Below, in pieces: positions 40,101-53,200 of a DNA stretch of 64,000 bases. The position numbers and the translations under genes are program-made. The first letter of the stretch is position 1. Each line of letters starts with the position of its first letter. The stretch covers positions 2,604,001 through 2,668,000 of the forward strand of contig OZ024759.1 of the NCBI GenBank assembly GCA_964016885.1, in the 5' to 3' direction. The DNA comes from Eledone cirrhosa (Eukaryota). The notes under the pieces are model-generated. The model had not been told where the DNA came from and did no database searches. It saw only the letters and a program-made list of their open reading frames with translations.

Positions 40101-43100
40101 TTTCACCCATGTTTCTACCTCCTGACAACTGAGGTAACAAAGAGGTTAAAGTTCTGTTTCACCCATGTTTCTACCTCCTCACTAGTTGAGGTAACAAAGA
40201 GGTTAAAGTTCTGTTTCACCCATGTTTCTCCCTCCTCACTAGTTGAGGTAACAAAGAGGTTTAAGTTCTGTTTCACCCATGTTTCTCTCTCCTGACTACT
40301 TGAGTTAACAAAGAGGTTAATGTTCTGTTTCACCCATGTTTCTACCACCTCACTAGTTGAGGTAACAAAGAGATTAAAGTTCTGTTTCACCCATGTTTCT
40401 ACCTCCTCACTAGGTGAGGTAACAAAGAGGTTAAAGTTCTGTTTCACCCATGTTTCTACTTTCTCACTATTTGAGGTTAGAAAGAGGTTAAAGTTCAGTT
40501 TCACCCATGTTTCTCCCTCCTCACTAGTTGAGGTAACAAAGAGGTTAAAGTTCTGTTTCACCCATGTTTCTACCTCCTGACAACTGAGGCAACAAAGAGG
40601 TTAAAGTTCTATTTCACCCATGTTTCTACCTCCTCACAGGTTGAGGTAACAAAGAGGTTAAAGTTCTGTTTCCCCCATGTTTCTACCTCCTCACTATTTG
40701 AGGTAACAAAGAGGTTAAAGTTCTGTTTCACCCATGTTTCTCCCTCCTCTCTAGTGGAGGTAACAAAGAGGTTGAAGTTCTGTTTCACCCATGTTTCTCC
40801 TTTCTTACTTTTTGAGGTAACAAAGAGGTTAAAGTTCTGTTTCACCCATGTTTCTCCCTCCTCACTAGTTGAGGTAACAAAGACGTTAAAGTTCTGTTTC
40901 ACCCATGTTTCTCCCCCCTCACTAGTTGAGGTAACAAAGAGGTTAAAGTTCTGTTTCACCCATGTTATACCTCCTCACTAGTTGAGGTAACAAAGAGGTT
41001 AAACTTCTGTTTAACCCACGTTTCTACCTTCCTCACTAGTTGAGGTAACAAAGACGTTAAAGTTCTGTTTCACCCATGTTTCTCCCCCCTCACTAGTTGA
41101 GGTAACAAAGAGGTTAAAGTTCTGTTTCACCCATGTTTCTACCTTCTCTCTATTTGAAGTTACAAAGAGGTTAAAGTTCTGTTTCACCCACGTTTCTCCA
41201 TCTTCACTAATTGAGGTAACAAAGAGGTTACATTTCTGTTTCACCCATGTTCCTCCCTCCTCACTAGTGAGGTAACAAAGAGGTTAAAGTTCTGTTTCAC
41301 CCATGTTTCTCCCTCCTCACTAGTTGAAGTAACAAAGAGGTTAAAATTCTGTTTCACCCATGTTTCTACCTCCTCACTTGTTGAGGTAACAAAGAGGTTA
41401 AAATTCTGTTTCATCCATGTTTCTCCCTCCTCACTCGTTGGGGTAACAAAGAGGTTAAAGTTCTGTTTCACCCATGTTCTCCCTCCTCACTAGTTGAGGT
41501 AAAAAAGAGGTTAAAGTTCTGTTTCACACAGCTTTCTACCTCCTCACTATTTGAGGTAACAAAGAGGTTAAAGTTCTGTTTCACCCATGTTTCTACCTCC
41601 TGACAACTGAGGTAACAAAGAGGTTAAAGTTCTGTTTCACCCATGTTTCTACCTCCTCACTAGTTGAGGTAACAAAGAGGTTAAATTTCTGTTTCACCCA
41701 TGTTTCTCCCTCCTCCCTAGTTGAGGTAACAAAGAGGTTTAAGTTCTGTTTCACCCATGTTTCTCCCTCCTGACTACTTGAGTTAACAAAGAGGTTAATG
41801 TTCTGTTTCACCCATGTTTCTACCACCTCACTAGTTGAGGTAACAAAGAGGTTAAAGTTCTGTTTCACCCATGTTTCTACCTCCTCACTAGGTGAGGTAA
41901 CAAAGAGGTTAAAGTTCTGTTTCACCCATGTTTCTACTTTCTCACTATTTGAGGTTAGAAAGAGGTTAAAGTTCAGTTTCACCCATGTTTCTCCCTCCTC
42001 CCTAGTTGAGGTAACAAAGAGGTTTAAGTTCTGTTTCACCCATGTTTCTCCCTCCTGACTACTTGAGTTAACAAAGAGGTTAATGTTCTGTTTCACCCAT
42101 GTTTCTACCACCTCACTAGTTGAGGTAACAAAGAGGTTAAAGTTCTGTTTCACCCATGTTTCTACCTCCTCACTAGGTGAGGTAACAAAGAGGTTAAAGT
42201 TCTGTTTCACCCATGTTTCTCCCTCCTCACTAGTTGAGGTGACAAAAAGGTTAAAGTTCTGTTTCACCCATGTTTCTCCCTCCTCACTAGTTGAGGTAAC
42301 AAAGAGGTTAAAGTTCTGTTTCACCCATATTTCTCCCCCCTCATTAGTTGAGGTAACAAAGAGGTTAAAGTTCTGTTTCACCCATGTTTCTCCCTCCTCT
42401 CTAGTGGAGGTAACAAAGAGGTTGAAGTTCTGTTTCACCCATGTTTCTCCTTTCTTACTAGTTGAGGTAACAAAGAGGTTAAAGTTCTGTTTCACCCATG
42501 TTTCTCCCTCCTCACTAGTTGAGGTAACAAAGACGTTAAAGTTCTGTTTCACCCATGTTTCTCCCCCCTCACTAGTTGAGGTAACAAAGAGGTTAAAGTT
42601 CTGTTTCACCCATTTTTCTACCTTCTCACTATTTGAAGTTACAAAGAGGTTAAAGTTCTGTTTCACCCATGTTTCTCCCTCTTCACTAATTGAGCTAACA
42701 AAGAGGTTAAAGTTCTGTTTTACCCATGTTCCTCCCTCCTCACTAGTTGAGATAACAAAGAGGTTAAAGTTCTGTTTCACCCATGTTTCTCCCTCCTCAC
42801 TAGTTGAGGTAACAAAGAGGTTAAAATTCTGTTTCACCCATGTTTCTACCTCCTCACTAGTTGAGGTAACAAAGAGGTTAAAATTCTGTTTCACCCATGT
42901 TTCTCCCTCCTCACTCGTTGGGGTAACAAAGTGGTTAAAGTTCTGTTTCACCCATGTTTCTCCCTCCTCACTAGTTGAGGTAACAAAGAGGTTAAAGTTC
43001 TGTTTCACACAGCTTTCTACCTCCTCACTATTTGAGGTAACAAAGAGGTTAAATTCTGTTTCACCCATGTTTCTACCTCCTGACAACTGAGGTAACAAAG

Positions 43101-43229
43101 AGGTTAAAGTTCTGTTTCACCCATGTTTCTACCTCCTCACTAGTTGAGGTAACAAAGAGGTTAAAGTTCTGTTTCACCCATGTTTCTCCCTCCTCCCTAG
43201 TTGAGGTAACAAAGAGGTTTAAGTTCTGT

Positions 43230-46200
43230 TTCACCCATGTTTCTCCCTCCTGACTACTTGAGTTAACAAAGAGGTTAATGTTCTGTTTCACCCATGTTTC
43301 TACCACCTCACTAGTTGAGGTAACAAAGAGGTTAAAGTTCTGTTTCACCCATGTTTCTACCTCCTCACTAGGTGAGGTAACAAAGAGGTTAAAGTTCTGT
43401 TTCACCCATGTTTCTACTTTCTCACTATTTGAGGTTAGAAAGAGGTTAAAGTTCAGTTTCACCCATGTTTCTCCCTCCTCACTAGTTGAGGTAACAAAGA
43501 GGTTAAAGTTCTGTTTCACCCATGTTTCTACCTCCTGACAACTGAGGGAACAAAGAGGTTAAAGTTCTATTTCACCTATGTTTCTACCTCCTCACAGGTT
43601 GAGGTAACAAAGAGACTAAAGTTCTGTTTCCCCCATGTTTCTACCTCCTCACTATTTGAGGTAACGAAGAGCTTAAAGTTCTGTTTCACCCATGTTTCTC
43701 CCCCTCACTACTTGAGGTAACAAAGAGGTTAAAGTTCTGTTTCACCCATGTTTCTCCCTCCTCGCTAGTTGAGGTAACAAAGAGGTTAAAGTTCTGTTTC
43801 ACCCATGTTTCTCCCCCCTCACTAGTTGAGGTAACAAAGAGGTTAAAGTTCTGTTTCACCCATGTTTCTCCCTCCTCACTAGTTGAGGTGACAAAAAGGT
43901 TAAAGTTCTGTTTCACCCATGTTTCTCCCTCCTCACTAGTTGAGGTAACAAAGAGGTTAAAGTTCTGTTTCACCCATATTTCTCCCCCCTCATTAGTTGA
44001 GGTAACAAAGAGGTTAAAGTTCTGTTTCACCCATGTTTCTCCCTCCTCTCTAGTGGAGGTAACAAAGAGGTTGAAGTTCTGTTTCACCCATGTTTCTCCT
44101 TTCTTACTAGTTGAGGTAACAAAGAGGTTAAAGTTCTGTTTCACCCATGTTTCTCCCTCCTCACTAGTTGAGGTAACAAAGACGTTAAAGTTCTGTTTCA
44201 CCCATGTTTCTCCCCCCTCACTAGTAGAGGTAACAAAGAGGTTAAAGTTCTGTTTCACCCATTTTTCTACCTTCTCACTATTTGAAGTTACAAAGAGGTT
44301 AAAGTTCTGTTTCACCCATGTTTCTCCATCTTCACTAATTGAGGTAACAAAGAGGTTAAAGTTCTGTTTCACCCATGTTCCTCCCTCCTCACTAGTTGAG
44401 GTAACAAAGAGGTTAAAGTTCTGTTTCACCCATGTTTCCCCCTCCTCACTAGTTGAGGTAACAAAGAGGTTAAAATTCTGTTTCACCCATGTTTCTACCT
44501 CTTCACTAGTTGAGGTAACAAAGAGGTTAAAATTCTGTTTCACCCATGTTTCTCCCTCCTCACTCGTTGGGGTAACAAAGTGGTTAAAGTTCTGTTTCAC
44601 CCATGTTTCTCCCTCCTCACTAGTTGAGGTAAAAAAGAGGTTAAAGTTCTGTTTCACACAGCTTTCTACCTCCTCACTATTTGAGGTAACAAAGAGGTTA
44701 AATTCTGTTTCACCCATGTTTCTACCTCCTGACAACTGAGGTAACAAAGAGGTTAAAGTTATGTTTCACCCATGTTTCTACCTCCTCACTAGTTGAGGTA
44801 ACAAAGAGGTTAAAGTTCTGTTTCAACCATGTTTCTCCCTCCTCACTAGTTGAGGTAAAAAAGAGGTTTAAGTTCTGTTTCACCCATGTTTCTCCCGCCT
44901 GACTACTTGAGTTAACAAAGAGGTTAATGTTCTGTTTCACCCATGTTTCTCCCTCCTTACTAGTTGAGGTAACAAAGAGGTGAAAGTTCTGTTTCACCCA
45001 TGTTTCTACCTCCTCACTAGTTGAGGTAAAAAAGAGGTTAAAGTTCTGTTTCACCCATGTTTCTCCCTCCTCACAAGTTCAGGTAACAAAGAGGTTTAAG
45101 TTCTGTTTCACCCATGTTTCTCCCTCCTGACTACTTGAGTTAACAAAGAGGTTAATGTTCTGTTTCACCCATGTTTCTACCACCTCACTAGTTGAGGTAA
45201 CAAAGAGATTAAAGTTCTGTTTCACCCATGTTTCTACCTCCTCACTAGGTGAGGTAACAAAGAGGTTAAAGTTCTGTTTCACCCATGTTTCTACTTTCTC
45301 ACTATTTGAGGTTAGAAAGAGGTTAAAGTTCAGTTTCACCCATGTTTCTCCCTCCTCACTAGTTGAGGTAACAAACAGGTTAAAGTTCTGTTTCACCCAT
45401 GTTTCTACCTCCTGACAACTGAGGCAACAAAGAGGTTAAAGTTCTATTTCACCCATGTTTCTACCTCCTCACAGGTTGAGGTAACAAAGAGGTTAAAGTT
45501 CTGTTTCCCCCATGTTTCTACCTCCTCACTATTTGAGGTAACGAAGAGCTTAAAGTTCTGTTTCACCCATGTTTCTCCCCCTCACTACTTGAGGTAACAA
45601 AGAGGTTAAAGTTCTGTTTCACCCATGTTTCTCCCTCCTCGCTAGTTGAGGTAACAAAGAGGTTAAAGTTCTGTTTCACCCATGTTTCTCCCCCCTCACT
45701 AGTTGAGGTAACAAAGAGGTTAAAGTTCTGTTTCACCCATGTTTCTCCCTCCTCACTAGTTGAGGTGACAAAAAGGTTAAAGTTCTGTTTCACCCATGTT
45801 TCTCCCTCCTCACTAGTTGAGGTAACAAAGAGGTTAAAGTTCTGTTTCACCCATATTTCTCCCCCCTCATTAGTTGAGGTAACAAAGAGGTTAAAGTTCT
45901 GTTTCACCCATGTTTCTCCCTCCTCTCTAGTGGAGGTAACAAAGAGGTTGAAGTTCTGTTTCACCCATGTTTCTCCTTTCTTACTAGTTGAGGTAACAAA
46001 GAGGTTAAAGTTCTGTTTCACCCATGTTTCTCCCTCCTCACTAGTTGAGGTAACAAAGACGTTAAAGTTCTGTTTCACCCATGTTTCTCCCCCCTCACTA
46101 GTAGAGGTAACAAAGAGGTTAAAGTTCTGTTTCACCCATTTTTCTACCTTCTCACTATTTGAAGTTACAAAGAGGTTAAAGTTCTGTTTCACCCATGTTT

Positions 46201-47260
46201 CTCCATCTTCACTAATTGAGGTAACAAAGAGGTTAAAGTTCTGTTTCACCCATGTTCCTCCCTCCTCACTAGTTGAGGTAACAAAGAGGTTAAAGTTCTG
46301 TTTCACCCATGTTTCTCCCTCCTCACTAGTTGAGGTAACAAAGAGGTTAAAATTCTGTTTCACCCATGTTTCTACCTCCTCACTAGTTGAGGTAACAAAG
46401 AGGTTAAAATTCTGTTTCACCCATGTTTCTCCCTCCTCACTCGTTGGGGTAACAAAGTGGTTAAAGTTCTGTTTCACCCATGTTTCTCCCTCCTCACTAG
46501 TTGAGGTAACAAAGAGGTTAAAGTTCTGTTTCACACAGCTTTCTACCTCCTCACTATTTGAGGTAACAAAGAGGTTAAATTCTGTTTCACCCATGTTTCT
46601 ACCTCCTGACAACTGAGGTAACAAAGAGGTTAAAGTTATGTTTCACCCATGTTTCTACCTCCTCACTAGTTGAGGTAACAAAGAGGTTAAAGTTCTGTTT
46701 CAACCATGTTTCTCCCTCCTCACTAGTTGAGGTAAAAAAGAGGTTTAAGTTCTGTTTCACCCATGTTTCTCCCTCCTGACTACTTGAGTTAACAAAGAGG
46801 TTAATGTTCTGTTTCACCCATGTTTCTCCCTCCTTACTAGTTGAGGTAACAAAGAGGTGAAAGTTCTGTTTCACCCATGTTTCTACCTCCTCACTAGTTG
46901 AGGTAAAAAAGAGGTTAAAGTTCTGTTTCACCCATGTTTCTCCCTCCTCACAAGTTCAGGTAACAAAGAGGTTTAAGTTCTGTTTCACCCATGTTTCTCC
47001 CTCCTGACTACTTGAGTTAACAAAGAGGTTAATGTTCTGTTTCACCCATGTTTCTACCACCTCACTAGTTGAGGTAACAAAGAGATTAGAGTTCTGTTTC
47101 ACCCATGTTTCTACCTCCTCACTAGGTGAGGTAACAAAGAGGTTAAAGTTCTGTTTCACCCATGTTTCTACTTTCTCACTATTTGAGGTTAGAAAGAGGT
47201 TAAAGTTCAGTTTCACCCATGTTTCTCCCTCCTCACTAGTTGAGGTAACAAACAGGTTAA
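43230..47260. repeat. Tandem duplication, period 1877 bp (33 monomers, four of them 56 bp), about 2.1 copies
   Basis: ORF pairs offset by 1877: 43278/45155/47032, 43686/45563, 43888/45765, 44722/46599, 45079/46956. Confidence 0.92.
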
Positions 47261-50200
47261 AGTTCTATTTCACCCATGTTTCTACCTCCTCACAGGTTGA
47301 GGTAACAAAGAGGTTAAAGTTCTGTTTCCCCCATGTTTCTACCTCCTCACTATTTGAGGTAACGAAGAGCTTAAAGTTCTGTTTCACCCATGTTTCTCCC
47401 CACTCACTAGTTGAGGTAACAAAGAGGTTAAAGTTCTGTTTCACCCATGTTTCTCCCTCCTCACTAGTTGAGGTAATAAAGAGGTTAAAGTTCTGTTTCA
47501 CCCATGTTTCTCCCTCCTTACTAATTGAGGTAACAAAGAGGTGAAAGTTCTGTTTCACCCATGTTTCTACCTCCTCACTAGTTGAGGTAACAAAGAGGTT
47601 AAAGTTCTGTTTCACCCATGTTTCTCCCTCCTCACTAGTTGAGGTAACAAAGAGGTTAAAGTTCTGTTTCACCCATGTTTCTCCCTCCTTACTAGTTGAG
47701 GTAACAAAGAGGTTAAAGTTCTGTTTCACCCATGTTTCTCCCTCCTCACTAGTTGAGGTAACAAAGACGTTAAAGTTCTGTTTCACCCATGTTTCTCCCC
47801 CCTCACTAGTTGAGGTAACAAAGAGGTTAAAGTTCTGTTTAACCCATGTTTCTCCCCCCTCATTAGTTGAGGTAACAAAGAGGTTAAAGTTCTGTTTCAC
47901 CCATGTTTCTCCCTCCTCTCTAGTGGAGGTAACAAAGAGGTTGAAGTTCTGTTTCACCCATGATTCTCCTTTCTTACTAGTTGAGGTAACAAAGAGGTTA
48001 AAGTTCTGTTTCACCCATGTTTCTCCCTCCTCACTAGTTGAGGTAACAAAGACGTTAAAGTTCTGTTTCACCCATGTTTCTACCTCCTCACTAGGTGAGG
48101 TAACAAAGAGGTTAAACTTCTGTTTCACCCATGTTTCTACTTTCTCACTATTTGAGGTTAGAAAGAGGTTAAAGTTCAGTTTCACCCATGTTTCTCCCTC
48201 CTCACTAGTTGAGGTAACAAAGAGGTTAAAGTTCTGTTTCACCCATGTTTCTACCTCCTCACTATTTGAGGTAACGAAGAGCTTAAAGTTCTGTTTCACC
48301 CATGTTTCTCCACCTCACTACTTGAGGTAACAAAGAGGTTAAAGTTCAGTTTCACCCATGTTTCTCCCTCCTCACTAGTTGAGGTAACAAAGAGGTTGAA
48401 GTTCTGTTTCACCCATGTTTCTCCTTTCTTACTAGTTGAGGTAACAAAGAGGTTAAAGTTCTGTTTCACCCATGTTTCTACCTCCTGACAACTGAGGCAA
48501 CAAAGAGGTTAAAGTTCTATTTCACCCATGTTTGTACCTCCTCACAGGATGAGGTAACACAGAGGTTAAAGTTCTGTTTCCCCCATGTTTCTACCTCCTC
48601 ACTATTTGAGGTAACGAAGAGCTTAAAGTTCTGTTTCACCCATGTTTCTCCCCACTCACTAGTTGAGGTAACAAAGAGGTTAAAGTTCTGTTTCACCCAT
48701 GTTTCTCCCTCCTCACTAGTTGAGGTAACAAAGAGGTTAAAGTTCTGTTTCACCCATGTTTCTCCCTCCTTACTAGTTGAGGTAACAAAGAGGTGAAAGT
48801 TCTGTTTCACCCATGTTTCTACCTCCTCACTAGTTGAGGTAACAAAGAGGTTAAAGTTCTGTTTCACCCATGTTTCTCCCTCCTGACTACTTGAGTTAAC
48901 AAAGAGGTTAATGTTCTGTTTCACCCATGTTTCTACCACCTCACTAGTTGAGGTAACAAAGAGGTTAAAGTTCTGTTTCACCCATGTTTCTACCTCCTCA
49001 CTAGGTGAGGTAACAAAGAGGTTAAAGTTCTGTTTCACCCATGTTTCTACTTTCTCACTATTTGAGGTTAGAAAGAGGTTAAAGTTCAGTTTCACCCATG
49101 TTTCTCCCTCCTCACTTGTTGAGGTAACAAAGAGGTTAAAGTTCTGTTTCACCCATGTTTCTACCTCCTGACAACTGAGGGAACAAAGAGGTTAAAGTTC
49201 TATTTCACCCATGTTTCTACCTCCTCACAGGTTGAGGTAACAAAGAGGTTAAAGTTCTGTTTCCCCCATGTTTCTACCTCCTCACTATTTGAGGTAACGA
49301 AGAGCTTAAAGTTCTGTTTCACCCATGTTTCTCCCCCTCACTACTTGAGGTAACAAAGAGGTTAAAGTTCAGTTTCACCCATGTTTCTCCCTCCTCACTA
49401 GTTGAGGTAACAAAGACGTTAAAGTTCTGTTTCACCCATGTTTCTACCTCCTCACTATTTGAGGTAACAAAGAGGTTAAAGTTCTGTTTCACCCATGTTT
49501 CTCCCTCCTCGCTAGTTGAGGTAACAAAGAGGTTAAAGTTCTGTTTCACCCATGTTTCTCCCCCCTCACTAGTTGAGGTAACAAAGAGGTTAAAGTTCTG
49601 TTTCATCCATGTTTCACCCTCCTCACTAGTTGAGGTAACAAAAAGGTTAAAGTTCTGTTTCACCCATGTTTCTCCCTCCTCACTAGTTGAGGTAACAAAG
49701 ACGTTAAAGTTCTGTTTCACCCATGTTTCTCCCCCCTCACTAGTTGAGGTAACAAAGAGGTTAAAGTTCTGTTTCACCCATGTTTCTCCCCCCTCATTAG
49801 TTGAGGTAACAAAGAGGTTAAAGTTCTGTTTCACCCATGTTTCTCCCTCCTCTCTAGTGGAGGTAACAAAGAGGTTGAAGTTCTGTTTCACCCATGTTTC
49901 TCCTTTCTTACTAGTTGAGGTAACAAAGAGGTTAAAGTTCTGTTTCACCCATGTTTCTCCCTCCTCACTAGTTGAGGTAACAAAGACGTTAAAGTTCTGT
50001 TTCACCCATGTTTCTCCCCCCTCACTAGTTGAGGTAACAAAGAGGTTAAAGTTCTGTTTCACCCTTGTTTCTACCTTCTCACTATTTGAAGTTACAAAGA
50101 GGTTAAAGTTCTGTTTCACCCATGTTTCTCCCTCTTCACTAATTGAGGTAACAAAGAGGTTAAAGTTCTGTTTCACCCATGTTCCTCCCTCCTCACTAGT

Positions 50201-53200
50201 TGAGGTAACAAAGAGGTTAAAGTTCTGTTTCACCCATGTTTCTCCCTCCTCACTAGTTGAGGTAACAAAGAGGTTAAAATTCGGTTTCACCCATGTTTCT
50301 ACCTCCTCTCTAGTTGAGGTAACAAAGAGGTTAAAATTCTGTTTCACCCATGTTTCTCCCTCCTCACTCGTTGGGGTAACAAAGTGGTTAAAGTTCTGTT
50401 TCACCCATGTTTCTCCCTCCTCACTAGTTGAGGTAACAAAGAGGTTAAAGTTCTGTTTCACACAGCTTTCTACCTCCTCACTATTTGAGGTAACAGAGAG
50501 GTTAAAGTTCTGTTTCACCCATGTTTCTACCTCCTGACAACTGAGGTAACAAAGAGGTTAAAGTTCTGTTTCACCCATGTTTCTACCTCCTCACTAGTTG
50601 AGGTAACAAAGAGGTTAAAGTTCTGTTTCAACCATGTTTCTCCCTCCTCACTAGTTGAGGTAACAAAGAGGTTTAAGTTCTGTTTCACCCATGTTTCTCC
50701 CTCCTGACTACTTGAGTTAACAAAGAGGTTAATGTTCTGTTTCACCCATGTTTCTACCACCTCACTAGTTGAGGTAACAAAGAGGTTAAAGTTCTGTTTC
50801 ACCCATGTTTCTACCTCCTCACTAGGTGAGGTAACAAAGAGGTTAAAGTTCTGTTTCACCCATGTTTCTACTTTCTCACTATTGAGGTTAGAAAGAGGTT
50901 AAAGTTCAGTTTCACCCATGTTTCTCCCTCCTCACTAGTTGAGGTAACAAAGAGGTTAAAGTTCTGTTTCACCCATGTTTCTACCTCCTGACAACTGAGG
51001 CAACAAAGAGGTTAAAGTTCTATTTCACCCATGTTTGTACCTCCTCACAGGATGAGGTAACAAAGAGGTTAAAGTTCTGTTTCCCCCATGTTTCTACCTC
51101 CTCACTATTTGAGGTAACGAAGAGCTTAAAGTTCTGTTTCACCCATGTTTCTCCCCACTCACTAGTTGAGGTAACAAAGAGGTTTAAGTTCTGTTTCACC
51201 CATGTTTCTCCCTCCTCACTAGTTGAGGTAACAAAGAGGTTAAAGTTCTGTTTCACCCATGTTTCTCCCTCCTTACTAGTTGACGTAACAAAGAGGTGAA
51301 AGTTCTGTTTCACCCATGTTTCTACCTCCTCACTAGTTGAGGTAACAAAGAGGTTAAAGTTCTGTTTCACCCATGTTTCTCCCTCCTTACTAGTTGAGGT
51401 AACAAAGAGGTGAAAGTTCTGTTTCACCCATGTTTCTACCTCCTCACTAGTTGAGGTAACAAAGAGGTTAAAGTTCTGTTTCACCCATGTTTCTCCCTCC
51501 TCACTAGTTGAGGTAACAAAGAGGTTAAAGTTCTGTTTCCCCCATGTTTCTACCTCCTCACTATTTGAGGTAACAAAGAGGTTAAAGTTCTGTTTCACCC
51601 ATGTTTCTCCCTCCTTACTGGTTGAGGTAACAAAGAGGTTAAAGTTCTGTTTCACCCATGTTTCTCCCTCCTCACTTTTGAGGTAACAAAGAGGTTAAAG
51701 TTCTGTTTCACCCATGTTTCTCCCTCCTCAGTAGTTGAGGTAACAAAGAGGTTAAAGTTCTGTTTCACCCATGTTTCTCCCTCCTCACTAGTTGAGGTAA
51801 CAAAGAGGTTAAAGTTCTGTTTCACCCATGTTTCTACCTCCTCACTATTTGAGGTAACAAAAGGTTAAAATTCTGATTCACCCATGTTTCTCTCTCCTCA
51901 CTAGTTGAGATAACAAGGAGGTTAAAGTTCTGTTTCACCCATGTTTCTCCCTCCTCACTAGTTGAGGTAACAAAGAGGTTAAAGTTCTGTTTCACACAGC
52001 TTTCTACCTCCTCACTATTTGAGGTAACAAAGAGGTTAAAGTTCTGTTTCACCCATGTTTCTACCTCCTGACAACTGAGGTAACAAACAGGTTAAAGTTC
52101 TGTTTCACCCATGTTTCTACTTCCTCACTAGTTGAGGTAACAAATAGGTTAAATTTTTGTTTCACCCATGTTTCTACCCCTTACTAGTTGAGGTAACAAA
52201 GAGGTTAAGTTCTGTTTCACCCTTGTTTCTACCTCCTCACTAGTTTAGGTAACAAAGAGGTTAAAGTTCTGTTTCACCCATGTTTCTCCCTCTTCACTAA
52301 TTGAGGTAACAAACAGGTTAAAGTTCTGTTTCACCCATGTTCCTCCCTCCTCACTAGTTGAGGTAACAAAGAGGTTAAAGTTCTGTTTCACCCATGTTTC
52401 TCCCTCCTCACTAGTTGAGGTAACAAAGAGGTTAAAGTTCTGTTTCACACAGCTTTCTACCTCCTCACTATTTGAAGTAACAAAGAGGTTAAAGTTCTGT
52501 TTCACCCATGTTTCTACCTCCTGACAACTGAGGTAACAAAGAGGTTAAAGTTCTGTTTCACCCATGTTTCTCCCTCCTCACTAGTTGAGGTAACAAAGAG
52601 GTTAAAATTCTGTTTCACCCATGTTTCTACCTCCTCTCTAGTTGAGGTAACAAAGAGGTTAAAATTCTGTTTCACCCATGTTTCTCCCTCCTCACTCGTT
52701 GGGGTAACAAAGTGGTTAAAGTTCTGTTTCACCCATGTTTCTCCCTCCTCACTAGTTGAGGTAACAAAGAGGTTAAAGTTCTGTTTCACACAGCTTTCTA
52801 CCTCCTCACTATTTGAGGTAACAGAGAGGTTAAAGTTCTGTTTCACCCATGTTTCTACCTCCTGACAACTGAGGTAACAAAGAGGTTAAAGTTCTGTTTC
52901 ACCCATGTTTCTACCTCCTCACTAGTTGAGGTAACAAAGAGGTTAAAGTTCTGTTTCAACCATGTTTCTCCCTCCTCACTAGTTGAGGTAACAAAGAGGT
53001 TTAAGTTCTGTTTCACCCATGTTTCTCCCTCCTGACTACTTGAGTTAACAAAGAGGTTAATGTTCTGTTTCACCCATGTTTCTACCACCTCACTAGTTGA
53101 GGTAACAAAGAGGTTAAAGTTCTGTTTCACCCATGTTTCTACCTCCTCACTAGGTGAGGTAACAAAGAGGTTAAAGTTCTGTTTCACCCATGTTTCTACT

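Noticed and set aside
8400-47260. Main duplication periods are all odd monomer counts (67, 45, 27, 17, 33)
   Set aside because: The sample is small and even offsets also occur (a 2-monomer duplication near 22300-22550 and a 26-monomer offset at 41593/43073). Chance is sufficient.
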